A stretch of DNA of 33,381 nt, from NCBI GenBank assembly GCA_000934665.2, contig JYFJ02004279.1:1-33381 (forward strand). The letters are read 5' to 3'. The stretch's first letter is position 1; each line of letters starts with the position of its first letter. Shown here piece by piece: positions 11,566 to 22,590 of the stretch. The translations under genes and the position numbers were made by a program. Under the pieces are notes generated by a model that was not told the origin of the DNA, searched no databases, and was given only the letters and a program-made list of their open reading frames with translations. Source of the DNA: Catajapyx aquilonaris. Lineage: Eukaryota.

Positions 11566-12451
11566 ATGAATTTTCATTCAGGAAAGAGGTTTTGCTCGTT
11601 GTCTATGACTGAGCCCATTGCAGAATGTTTCCAGCCTCCATTTCATCAGCAGTGGTGGACTGAAACCTTGACGTCGTGATTGTGCTTGCATTTCTTCATG
11701 TATGGTAGTCCCAATTAGAGGCAGGTGGCTGGGGCCCATGGTGGCTGGCAGTTCCAAGACAAAAGCGCAGGGGCCAACCCAATCACGGGTAGTCCACTCG
11801 GAGAAGGTGGGCTCCCGCAGAACCCCGGTCCACTTCCAGGACGAGCCAAGGTGGGGGGGGCACTGGGTGGTCGCAGACCACGTTCTCCCCTCCAGGTCCT
11901 GCCCTCCCTGAATCAAGGTAGCCTAATCCTTTATGTTCTTCCTGGTAGCTTTATTTGCTAATTACCAAATTCATACAGGGTGATGTGATTAGATGATCAC
12001 GTGGTGTCTCTGGGTTGGCAATACTGCTAGCACTCAGAAGCGGGTGGAATCTAGGTTGACTCCAGTTTCCCGGTGGTTATGTGAATGATATCAACTGGAA
12101 AATGTACTCCTAGTGAAGAATTATTCCACAAATTGCATCACAAACACCCCACAATTATAGGTGTCCTGTTTATGTTCTCATAAAACGTCCTGCCCACGCC
12201 ACGCCGCCGTGAGCAATCCCCAAACACACTCTCAAGATGGCCACAGCTCGGTGACGCTTTGCAGGCCTGCATCCCTATCAGAATATAATTTCCTCGATGA
12301 CTCGTGTCATCAGTTGTGTGGATGGCTCGATGAAAAAGGCAGCAAGTGAGTCCTGGTTTTGGTGTACCATGTCAAGGACGCCAAGGATTGCCAATACTTC
12401 CTTGAGTATGGAAGACCGAGGAAAACTTGTAACGTGAAAAATGCATTATTT

Positions 12452-12774
12452 GGTCAAGATGAAATGCAGCAGCAAAATCTGGCCACATGGACAACGAAGA
12501 CAGTCTTCCTCCACCTGTACGTCTGGGTACAGGGAAGGTGAGTGCTATGTACAAAGGGGGAAGACAGTGCAAACTATGTACAAGGACCACTCGGGCCAAA
12601 ATAAAACCAATAAACTACAGCAAATAGAATACCCCCCACCGACACTCGGGCAAAAACACTTGATAAATATGTGGGCGTTTAGGGCCCTACCGGGGAAACA
12701 CGAAGGAATCCCCGGTAATGTGGTCCCCTCACCTCGAACAGGCACCCACGTCGAGGGGGGTCAAGATGAAATGC
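12452..12774. repeat. 16-bp direct repeat flanking a 291-bp segment (possible TSD of a truncated retro-insertion)
   Basis: GGTCAAGATGAAATGC at 12452-12467 and 12759-12774. The insert is not identified. Confidence 0.5.
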
Positions 12775-13654
12775 TCCTCATTGAACTTACTGATATGCAA
12801 TGGTAGAATGCAATATATTTTATAGTCGGTCTTTGTTCTGGATGCTATATATGGCTCCTCCGGCACCCACTTGTCTCCATAATTCTATCAAATTCGAATA
12901 TAGTGACCAAAGAGAGGTCCAAAGCTGGTATGTTTGGCGAGAATGTGATCATCTTTACATTTCAAGTCACTATCGAGTAAAACAATCGTAATTGTTCAAG
13001 ACCTTTCTATACACCCAACCTGCTCCATAGTAATCTGCATTTTCATCATATGCCATCCACTGACATTTTCTGAGCTTCCAAGTAATGTGCAAAGGTAGCA
13101 TTGAAGCTAGCATTGGACATAATTATAAAGTATTCCAGGTAATAATAATCCGACAGTATTGCTACTGCTCAGTCACAGAAGTATTTGTCATCAGGTAAAA
13201 TGCCAAGTCTGCTACCTGACATATTTATCTCGTCGATGTCTGCCTTCTGTGTGTCTTCTCTATCATGGTCCACCCTCCTCCATACGCCACCGTGAATCAA
13301 TGCACCTGAGGACATGACAACACGAAATGTGGCCTGCAGTCATTCAGTGTGAATGTATCTTTTTAATGTGATTCTCGCCTGGACTTATTTTCCGGAGATG
13401 GTCACGGAATACACCCGAGATGTTTTATGTCCTCGTTGATGGTTATGTCAAACCAATTAGCTGTACCCGTACCCGTGTCCAGGATTTCCTTCCATGTCTG
13501 CTGCTCGTAGTCAGTGGCGTTTGGCTTTCGACAAATTGAAAGAAATCGTGGATGACGTCCTGTGGGGCGTTTGACAGAATTTCGACCTTGTTTGACGGGG
13601 AGAAATCCAGTTCAATTACATATACCTGACGTCGCCTGTCCAAATTACAATTTT

Positions 13655-13795
13655 TCAGAATGCTGTCGAAGCGTGGACTTCGGTATCCCAAATCAGCTGC
13701 TACCCGTACAGGGATCATCTTATCAAGAACTTCCCTCAGAGCTTTTTTGACAGCATCTTCGGATATGAAAGCACGGTTGGTTTTCCTCTTGTATT
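13655..13795 (-). mobile_element. pogo/Fot1-like transposase N-terminal pipsqueak HTH fragment
   Basis: YKRKTNRAFISEDAVKKALREVLDKMIPVRVAA(frameshift)FGIPKSTLRQH. Confidence 0.65.
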
Positions 13796-13799
13796 ATCC

Positions 13800-14045
13800 C
13801 ACCCAGCCTAACCTCCACCCCGCTGAAAGAGATCACAGGGGGACTTTCCACCTCCTCCCAGTAAAGATACAGGGCCTCAGTTTTCGGGACGTTACAGCAC
13901 AGGCCGCTCTGGGCAGCCCACTCCAGAAATCGGGGTTCGAGAGCCCCCTAGCTATTCTGAATGGACTCTACCATATCCCAGGTCATCAAGATAAGCTGAT
14001 CATCCGCGTAGGCCTGAAGGCGCACCCCAGGGGCCCTCGCCCCAA
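13800..14045 (-). mobile_element. Non-LTR RT catalytic fragment (R1-like)
   Basis: GVRLQAYADDQLIL...LEWAAQSGLCCNVPKTEAL...PVISFSG, with one in-frame stop. Confidence 0.8.
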
Positions 14046-14224
14046 AAAATTCGGATCCTTTCTCGTTCTTTTGGTATATTAATTATGACTATCTGTTGTG
14101 TAGTGTATTTTTGGTAAATTTTAAAAATGAGGTCAAGACTTATGAATAACCCTGTATATTGCTTAATCAGAAATGTATTGCTTTACAAACTGAAACATAC
14201 GAGTATAAACATCCAACAACTTAC

Positions 14225-14325
14225 CCGTCAGTCTCACAAGAAGGCCCTGCTGTCACACCCATCATCTTCATGATAGCCATGTATGTGTTGCCCCCTTCAT
14301 TGAAGAATAGCAATGTAGCTGGATG
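14225..14325 (-). mobile_element. Possible Kolobok transposase micro-fragment
   Basis: FFNEGGNTYMAIMKMMGVTAGPSC resembles FNxGxxxxxxIMxxMGIxxG. A GTAAGT donor follows. Confidence 0.45.
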
Positions 14326-14332
14326 TAGCTGG

Positions 14333-15047
14333 TTGGCGGTACCCAAGTAGAGAGTGTGCGTGATATCAATGACAGAAATCCGACATCAAAATACACTAAT
14401 TGGGTTAGGCAGATAAATATTGACCATATTTCGCTGACAATCTTCAGTTCTTCCACTACTGGCTCCATGAAGGAATTTAACGAGCTAGGCTCCTTACTCA
14501 GAGAAGGAATTACCCCCACCAGAATAATGTTTTTAAATAAAAATCGTTCTCGTCGTGGTAGATTCATTATGCTAATGAACATTATCCCCACCGAGTAATC
14601 GTGCAGGTTTTTGAAAGGTAGGAACCAATCCACATTTAACATGAGTGCAAAATTGTTTCTTTCGCTAAGAAATGGTTCACCTTTGAATGACTGAAACTGC
14701 TTCCAGATGCTGCCGTCATATATGTCAAACATATGGGTCCTCTTCAACATGCCTGTTGCGCCATTCTTCACACGTAGTCTGAAAACCTGGCCTTTTGCAC
14801 AATCCCTCCAAGAATTCAATGATTATTGAATATTGAGTAGCAATATGTGTGTAACGGGTAAAGAGATTCCTTCACATTTTTGCAGGAGATTTCCTTGAAC
14901 AATTTTGCTTTACATTCTTACTTGTATTGTCTACCATCAATAAACGTCGAATTCCAGCAGAGTCGGGAAGGTTTTTCCCATGGAACAGATAGAATCAGTC
15001 AGAGGGGTTATAAATTGCACAGTTGGGGTAGAGAACATATTTTGACT
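14333..15047 (-). mobile_element. CACTA/EnSpm transposase fragment, copy 2
   Basis: Same motifs as copy 1, plus ILVGVIPSLSKEPSSLNSFMEPVVEEL and an upstream KYVLYPNCAIYNPSD (degenerate KYVxCPxCxxxY). Confidence 0.85.
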
Positions 15048-15345
15048 ATTCATGGACGCTGTCGAGCAGAAGTACAAGCCACACACTGAGCAGGTTCGCC
15101 CCTCTACTATTTCCCGCAAAGATGGACAGTAAAAATCATAAGGTCACTCTTGTGCTGGGATAATCTGGACGAAGTGTCAGGCACTGCTGGACGGCCCTGG
15201 CTCTCCCTCACATGACTAGCATACCAGTTGTCTACACAGGAGTTGTTTCTGGTAGACTTGCACCAGGTGGCACGTATGTAGCCACAACATTGTACCCATC
15301 TATATTAATTTTGGACCAGATTTCGGCCAGTGTTTCACCTGCAAA
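15048..15345 (-). mobile_element. Zator transposase C-terminal fragment with internal deletion
   Basis: AGETLAEIWSKINIDGYNVVATY...WYASHVRESQ[gap]PYDFYCPSLREIVEGRTCSVCGLYF. Confidence 0.7.
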
Positions 15346-15668
15346 ATGATCATGCGAAACTTTTAAAGTGCACCCAATGGGGTATTTAAATTGACAACAC
15401 AACTGCATGCTGAAAATTAGCAGACGTCTGGAGGAAGGGATTCTCGCACGATAGAAAACTGTCAATCAGGGCAGTACATTTCTGTATGCACTTACTCTCT
15501 GGTTGCAGTAGATTGACGTACAGAGGAAAACCATCGCAGAGGGAAACCTATTATTGTCACCATGCAGTCAAAAGCCTTCTCTTGCACTTAATTAGTAGCT
15601 CTTTGTCCCGAACTAAAGCAATTCATTTTCAATCTGTATTTAAAAGTTAATGTTGGAATGCACCCCAT

Positions 15669-15790
15669 TTACTGGCCGACCAGTTTTTTATACTTGTCCT
15701 TGCACTGTGGCCCAGTCTTCTTTTCGCCTTTCTCTGCCAGTGCTGCAGATATGGCTTCATAAATAGGGCGATTCATGTAATACCTGTTAC
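15669..15790 (-). mobile_element. Myb/SANT (trihelix) DNA-binding fragment, Harbinger accessory type
   Basis: NRPIYEAISAALAEKGEKKTGPQCKDKYKKL. Confidence 0.65.
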
Positions 15791-16108
15791 CTGTAGGACC
15801 ATAAAATCACCTAGAGGTACCATACCTGCAGAGCCCTGCAGCGGGAGACGTGGGTTGGTGCACTCCAGGGGCCTGCTGCACCCTGCACAGTACCGTGCTG
15901 GGGAGTCAGTCGCTGTGACAAACCCACAACTGGGTTATCGGTTGTGGAGTGCACATTCGGGAAACTCAAAGGACGATTTAGATGTCTACTTGGCGGAAAA
16001 GGATACAATTCGTCAGCAGTACATGACCGAGCAAAAGAAAAGCGAAGTACAGTATAAACCAAAAAGGAAATCGGTCACACACCCCACGGCCACGATAAAG
16101 AAAGAACA

Positions 16109-16500
16109 ACAGCTGCTCGTAGGATTCTTCGTATCCGTATCCATAGGTCAGCTACACGTAGAATTCTTCGTGTCCGTAAATCAGCAGTTCGTAACGACGT
16201 TCGTATCTGTAAACCAACATCACGTAGTCATATTCATATCCATAAATGCAGCTTCACGTACGGGTTCCTCTTAAATATCTTCTTATTCGTAAGGAAGCTT
16301 TTCGTAATGGTAATTATATTCGGATACATCCGGGACTGTTCGTATTTCCTGCTCGTAGCGGCTGTTCGTAAATGTCAACGGATACATACGTGGTTGTACA
16401 CGGATTCGTACGGAACTTGTTCGCAAATTCGACTCGTAATACTGTTCGTAACACGGCACGTAACTTTTATTCGTAGCACTTCACGTAACGTTTTCTCGTA
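16109..16500. repeat. CGTA/TACG-rich tract with degenerate ~33-bp units, probably DNA-transposon subterminal repeats
   Basis: Units such as CAGCTACACGTAGAATTCTTCGTGTCCGTAAAT and CAGCAGTTCGTAACGACGTTCGTATCTGTAAAC, with dense CGTA motifs up to 16500. Confidence 0.6.
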
Positions 16501-16509
16501 ATATTTCAC

Positions 16510-17850
16510 ATTGCGCACATCGCGGCAAATTTCACGTTTCCGTTCTGTTGGTAGCTTCCCCTCGTGGCTTCTTTTGTCGGTGGCTCTCCCTTTTCTTCTC
16601 TCGCATCGATGAAGTGCATCATACTTCGAAGAATTTTTTCCAACCTATCTGTGCCTTTCGTCTCCACCAGTCGGACTGATTTTATTGTGTTGAGTCTTTG
16701 TGACGCCAGGTTTAGGAGTAGTTATAGGTAAAGTTAAAGGTGACCAAAGAGTGTGGTGTTGTTGGTGCACCTGCCCCGATTCGGGCTTCCGCTAACCTTG
16801 GGCTGGTTAGTGAGAGGGAAGCTCTTACTAGACTGTTGTTCAGATTACCTCTTTTTGCCAAGACTGTTAGGTTCGGATATTAGTGCGACGCAGATGCCTG
16901 CTGGCCCTAATATCTTCTGCCTTGTCAGCGTATGTATGGGCGACGCAGATGCCTGCTGGCCCATCCATGACACGTGACTGGTCAGTCTTGACTGGACGGA
17001 TTCATATATCTGGGCGACGCAGATGCCTGCTGGCCCTGATATAATGAATGCCTGGTTGGTGTATATCTGGGCGACGCAGATACCTGCTGGCCCTGATATG
17101 ACACCTGTCCCTAATTGCTGAGTAGTCCTGAAAGGTGGGAGTAAATAATACAACAGTGGTCTGTGTATTGATCGGGTCCTGAACCATGCCAAGCCAGCCA
17201 GCACCTTTCTCAGAAGGTGTTACCTCCTCAGAGGTTGGCGACTGACTGACTCCGCAGGCTCAGTACACCTCTTTTTATAGTGCAAAGTTTGTTTACAAAA
17301 ACATGACAACGGAATTATACAACATCAACAACTAATAAAACAATTGAACAATACTTAACAAGTCATGACAACAACAACAAACAATTGAATAACATTTAAC
17401 AAGAACGATCAACAAGAACAAAACAATTGAACAACAAACATGAATGAAACAATTGAATCACATATCCTGGGCATTACATCTTCGTTCGCCTCCTGAAGAG
17501 CAGCTATTGATACGGCCTCATCGAAAGTGGGAGGGTTCGCATAGCGCACAAATCTGCGGACATCAGGGGACCTCAGCCCCCTGGTGAACTGCGCCGTCAT
17601 TTGTCCTGTTAGGAGGGTGTTGTCGTGGCTGGATCTCGTGGTCTCCGCAATCCTTGAGCCCAGCTGCCGTATCCGTGTCGCGAAGGCGCGGGTGGTTTCG
17701 CCTGCCTTCTGCTTGACCTCCGCCAGTTGTTGTATGAGGGTCGCGGTGGTGGCTATCTTGTCTTTAGAGCTTCTGCCCATGGAAGAGTGGCGGCGTTGGG
17801 TAGGGAGTTCAGTAAAGCCCGTGCCTCTCCACTGACTCCCCAGTTTCATA
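16510..17850 (-). mobile_element. Gypsy gag fragment split by a solo LTR
   Basis: QLAEVKQKAGETTRAFATRIRQL...AQFTRGLRSPDVRRFVRYANPPTFDEAVSIAALQE at 17479-17760. Probable continuation below 16699. Confidence 0.7.
16699..17478 (-). mobile_element. Solo LTR, 780 bp, 4-bp TSD TCTT
   Basis: TCTT|TGTGACGCCAGG...CCTGGGCATTACA|TCTT (TG...CA with imperfect inverted ends). A minus-strand CTATAAAAAG (17271-17280) followed by TCAGTCAGT gives the orientation. Four internal 23-bp repeats. Confidence 0.8.
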
Positions 17851-18131
17851 ATTGAAGACCTCGGTGCAAGAACAAGATAAGTCCATAAAGTGAAATTTTA
17901 CAGGAGGAACAAATAACGCTCTTGGCTTCTAGGAACATGCAGCCCTTTTTCCCATCCCTGGTATATACCTTTCCACTTCACATAAGAAGGTGAAGCACTA
18001 GATATCGTTAATTGATTTTAAAATATTTGCAATTGTTTACCTTGGACTTACCTTGTTCTTGCACCAAGGCAGGAAAATCAAGCCAAATATCACATGTTTC
18101 ACAAACTTTGTTTGGAAAAACTACATGATTG

Positions 18132-19350
18132 TCATTCACTATCAGCGTCATCTGCTGGAACATCATCACTCGAGAGTAATGCATTGTAGTATGGCATCCA
18201 GGTCAGGGAGCATATACTACATAAGAGGCGCAAACATTCGATTTTTTTCGTCTCTCTGTTTATGGCGTTGTCAAGGCTGGCGGCCATCTTGGAGTGTGTG
18301 GTATGTCAACGAGGTGTAAATTGGGTACAGGCAGGCCGTCAAGGTCCGCGGGGTCCGCCATCTTTGATGGTTTGGGCTGCCATGGCAATACACGGCAACA
18401 ACAATTTACTTACCCATTTTCCAATATCGAATTCAAATTCGCGCGTGTTATTGCCGTGTATTGCCATGGCTGCCAAAACCATCAAAGATGGCGGACCTTA
18501 TTTTTGCCTGTACCCTATTTATACCTCGTTGGCATCCCACACTGGTCAAGATGGCCGCCGGCCTTAGTAACGCCCTATAAACAGAGAGACGCTAACAACA
18601 ATGGCCTGACAGAAGTTTGCGCCTCTTATGTAGTATATGCTCCCTGTCCAGGTGGTGTAGCATTTCCAGATGCAGTATAGGACTGGGGTCGTTGGTAAAG
18701 TACGGGTTGCAAAAGTGGGTTGTTGATATTTTGAGGATGACTGGGCATATCAACTTGAGGAACATACTTCCGTGCCAAAGTCATGACATCAGCATACTTT
18801 TTGGCTGCAATAGGCAACTTTTCTGGATAAGCCAACGAGGGTAGTAAGTCATACGATTTCTTGATCTTTTTCTCCAGTTTAAATCTTCGGGGGTTTCCCA
18901 TGCAATGAGCTGTTGATACAAACACTTCATTTGGCTGCAAATGGCTGTACTCAAGCACCTTGTATTTGGAAATCGCAAACTTCTGTGGTCCATTTTTAAC
19001 AATCTTTTTGAAGGAATGTGAGAGAGCTTCTTTGTAGTTCTTGACGTATGACTGAGTTACCTGTTCCACCGCAAAGTTCTTTGAAGCCTTAGATACTAGA
19101 GAAAACCACTCAGTGGGTGAGTAAACCCTTTCCTTCCTGCGTTTGGCTTTTCCGATAGTACCAAATGCTCTGTCGCAAGGCATAGAATTATGGCCTCTCT
19201 CAGCAAAGTGATGTAGGATCTTATCTAATATTTTGTTCTTAACAAGAGTAAACAAATACTGCACCAATGTCATATTCTTGTTTTGAGCTGCGCAGTTATT
19301 GCTAAAGAGATGCAGCTCTTTTACTGATGACTGGACGTATTTTGAAAAAC
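18132..19350 (-). mobile_element. Sola1 transposase C-terminal half, interrupted at 18198-18743
   Basis: ELHLFSNNCAAQNKN...HHFAERGHNSMPCDRAFGTI...VYSPTEW...LPIAAKKYADVMTL. KYVPQVDMP rejoins YYNALLSSDDVPADDADSE* once the insert is removed. Confidence 0.8.
18204..18646. mobile_element. Fold-back MITE, 443 bp, 7-bp TSD (P/Galileo-superfamily-like)
   Basis: TCCAGGT|CAGGGAGCATATACTACATAAGAGGCGCAAAC...GTTTGCGCCTCTTATGTAGTATATGCTCCCTG|TCCAGGT, with arms complementary almost to the centre. Confidence 0.9.
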
Positions 19351-20704
19351 GTAAACATGCAAGCATTCTGGTTAAATTTATCTGCAATGTAGCCGAAATG
19401 TAGTGCGCCGCAATATATCTATTTTCGTCGTAGAACCATATTTTATTGAAATTTGTTTTAGAAATATTCCGGCTATTTATATCATTCCTGACCTCAGTGT
19501 CCTTCATGGTTTGAGTCAGGCTGACAATTTTCCTGAACCCTTTTCAATACAAAGGGGGGGGGGGGGACNAATTACCTCTTCTAAATGTCGTAGGGTGAAG
19601 TCTCCTTTTTTCCTGTACCACTGCCTGGATCACTCACTCTCTTGCTGACTGACTTGACATTAGAAGAGTCCAGCGTTTATATACTGATCAATGAGCTGAC
19701 CTCGGCTAGCTATTGTTTTCTTTATTAATAGCTGAGGGCTCTTACATATGTTTTGAGTTGTTACGGATGTCCCAATATTTGATAAGGGATGTTTACTGGT
19801 GCTGAGTCAGGCTGACATATAGTGTGCTGAGTCAGCGATGGCAACAATAACACGTTCAATGACAAATTTGGTGCCAAACGATGGCCCAGCTGACTTAAAA
19901 ACTGGACTGCTTCGGGAGGAGCTGTGAATAAGTGTGCAAAAAAATTATTAGCTCCCACAAAATGTCATCGCACATCCTGGAATTGTCCCAAAATATATCA
20001 TGCAAATTACCGTGTTTGAAATTCTTCCTGCATCCTGGCAATCATGTCATCCTTCTCCGCAATAATCCTCCTCAGCTCATTAACTTCTGAAGACACATCA
20101 GGTGAGTCCCTTGGGTTGGGGAGGCCACAAATTGCTCTTCCCCTAGCTCTTCCATTAACAATTCCTGTGTGGAGTGTTTTTTTTGCACTTGTGCACTTCT
20201 TTTGCTGCTCCTTCCTTGAAGTCAGGTCGTGAATGGAGGTGGCCACTGTTTTGTGGACCCAGCCGCGAATACACTTGACACAACACATCATCAGGCAGAT
20301 TTAACTGCCGAAACCACAACAAATAACAAGCCCCAAAGGGGAAATCCGGGTAACCCATGGCTTTAAAGGCCCTGGCGACACTTGGGTGTTCCATCACATA
20401 TACACGGGCTATGGGCTATACATCCAAACTAATCACTGAGACCTTTCTGATGACATTCCGAGTTGGAAATTTCCTGTGTAATTTTGGTGGAAGAGACTCC
20501 CGAGCCACAAAGATATGTTATTGCAAAATACATTACCTCGGATACGGCAAATGGTGCAGATAAGGATGGAATGCCTCTTCTATGAGACTTGCAATCATTT
20601 TAATCTTTCCCTCTCAGCCCCGCGCTGCTTGCCAACAAATTATGAACCGAAAAGCTCACCTTAATATTCAAGAGATCCTGTCCATTCCTCCTTGGAAAGG
20701 ACAC

Positions 20705-21051
20705 CAGTCTTATCTAGCAGTGCGTCTATGACGTCCCTCAAGCAGTTGCTCACATACATTTGGGACATTGCATGTTCGTAGTTGTTGCCAACTGCCTGCT
20801 GGAACCCTCCCGTTCCGAAAAATCGAAGGGAACTTGTCTTCGACGGATAATCTTCGCGTTGAAGGTCTCTCACCCGTGAGCTGATCCCGAAGTTCGTCGC
20901 ACAAGAACATTACCGCCTCACGGGGGAAGCGGTAATATGATATGAAGAGGTCGTCGGGAAGCTCAAATGCATTGCGCCGGTCGCGCAAGACCCTGTCCCG
21001 GCGAAAATGTACGCGGACCAAATGGTCTATCGCCCAGACGAAGACCGCCAT
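20705..21051 (-). mobile_element. Harbinger (HARBI1-like) transposase N-terminal fragment
   Basis: RVLRDRRNAFELPDDLFISYYRFPREAVMFLCDEL...LSVEDK[gap]LRFFGTGGFQQAVG...MSQMYVSNCLRDVIDAL. Confidence 0.85.
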
Positions 21052-21099
21052 ATTCCCACTACAATTTGTCAAGTTCACGCTTCTTCCGCTTGGCGGCCA

Positions 21100-21365
21100 A
21101 ATGAAGCACAACTGCAGTGGAGCAATGGTGGTGGGGCAGGAGGTAGATCAGTGGTAACTGGATAATACTCATTTTTTTTCTCTCAATTCCCATCCCCAGT
21201 CACATGGATTCAAAGCCTCTTCTTCCATCTTCCATGCACATATCTGATAATAGACACGGAAAGTGTGGTACTTCGTGGCAGATGTTGTGGGATGTAGTCT
21301 TTCAGGTGTAACAAAGCATTTGGATGCAATAATTTTCGCTGTTAACATACGTTGACGCAGATGGG
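21100..21365 (-). mobile_element. Second Academ (AcademX-type) C-terminal fragment, different family from 7575-7930
   Basis: VTPERLHPTTSATKYHTFRVYYQICAW...LNPCDWGW...YPVTTDLPPAP..LL..CSC. Confidence 0.7.
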
Positions 21366-21384
21366 TCAGTGTCTCATTAAGTTT

Positions 21385-21600
21385 GACGCTGGGTTTTGTG
21401 CTTTTAAATGTTGCCACCAAATAGCCGGGTCCAATTTGATAGAGTTAAAGGCACTTGTGGATTTAATAATTTTCCAAAATCTGGTTGCAGATTGAGGATG
21501 CGCAAGTTGATTCCGCAAAGTGTCGGCGTAATAGTATCGTTTCTTTGCCTTCACCCGGTTTTTAAAACTTTTTTGACTCGTTATATAAGACTGCCTGTCG
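21385..21600 (-). mobile_element. LINE ORF2 fragment (endonuclease-RT linker)
   Basis: YITSQKSFKNRVKAKKRYY...RFWKIIK...WWQHLK. Confidence 0.55.
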
Positions 21601-21829
21601 GTGAAGTGGAGGTGAAGTGTAGTTAGGATGTAGTAATGGTAAAATGGGTCACATAATACTGTCGCAGTACTGTACACCACTAGTTTCCAACAAGTGGGCC
21701 CAGTTTTTTTACCATGCAATTCACTATTTGCCATGATAGAGAAGATCAGAAGGAGGGAGGTTGTATGATTTTTCGTCTCTCCTGAAAAGTTTTCATTCCT
21801 GGACTTGGGACCTTTTGCAATTCAGGTCT

Positions 21830-22590
21830 TCAAATTGTGTAAATCAGGACATGTGATGTTACGCATGTGGTGTCCTTCTTCGCCGTTGCGTTGATTCGTA
21901 AATCATCGTACAATTCCCATTGGCCGTCAAAGCGACGGCAATACGCAGTGTAGTGTCCAACGCCGCCATCAGTTGGTGTGGCTGGTGCTACAAAAGCCGC
22001 CCGCAAGGAGTGTGTCATGTTCTTAAATTTTACTTCCTTCGGAATGTCTCTCAGGACGACTTTATAATGCCTTTCACTCTTGCTGTTATCATAGCCTGTC
22101 TCTCCTGATGCATAGTCAATCATTACGTGCCCCTCACTGAATGTAATGGAACCTGTAGTCTGCCCATTGCACATACGACCATTCTTGTGTGCGCTGCGGC
22201 ACACTGAGATGTTCCCTTCCAGAATTGATGCATCGCTGAAGGCCTGTTGAAGGCATCGTACCCCGCCTTTTTCAATCATGGCACAATTTATTTGTAAAAC
22301 TGCTAAGTCAGTTTGACGTGCCGGACTACAGGACTTAGAACATTGCCTGATTTCTGTTGCACTGGCGCATTTGGGGAAAAGCTTCAGCGCCATTGAAGAA
22401 GCAACCAGTTCACAGTGAACAACAATTACATTCGACACATTATTGCTTTCTCCCGGTAGCACCTCCTTCAAAGCTTTCGCCCGCAGGTAGTACAAGAGTG
22501 CTTCGTCACACCCTTAGAACACATATGGTGAACTACCTGCAGCGTTATGCATAGACTTGGATATTTCTCCGCATAGGTTTTGTATGAGTC
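21830..22590 (-). mobile_element. USP/C19-peptidase-like C-terminal domain fragment, resembling MULE/NOF-FB-type element proteins
   Basis: His-box-like HSLRAAFV...GVGHYTAYCRRFDGQWELYDDL...VLIY. The Cys box is absent. The NOF link is from recall. Confidence 0.55.

Noticed and set aside
16885..17093. CRISPR-like array of four 23-bp repeats with 32-51 bp spacers
   Set aside because: It lies inside a TG...CA solo LTR with a TSD, the spacers are uneven and partly similar to each other, there are no cas genes, and the context is eukaryotic with introns.
18626..19507. Longest ORF (293 aa) as a functional transposase
   Set aside because: It is chimeric. The N-terminus does not resemble Sola1, the C-terminus reads into inserted DNA, and the expected catalytic SDNC reads SNNC.
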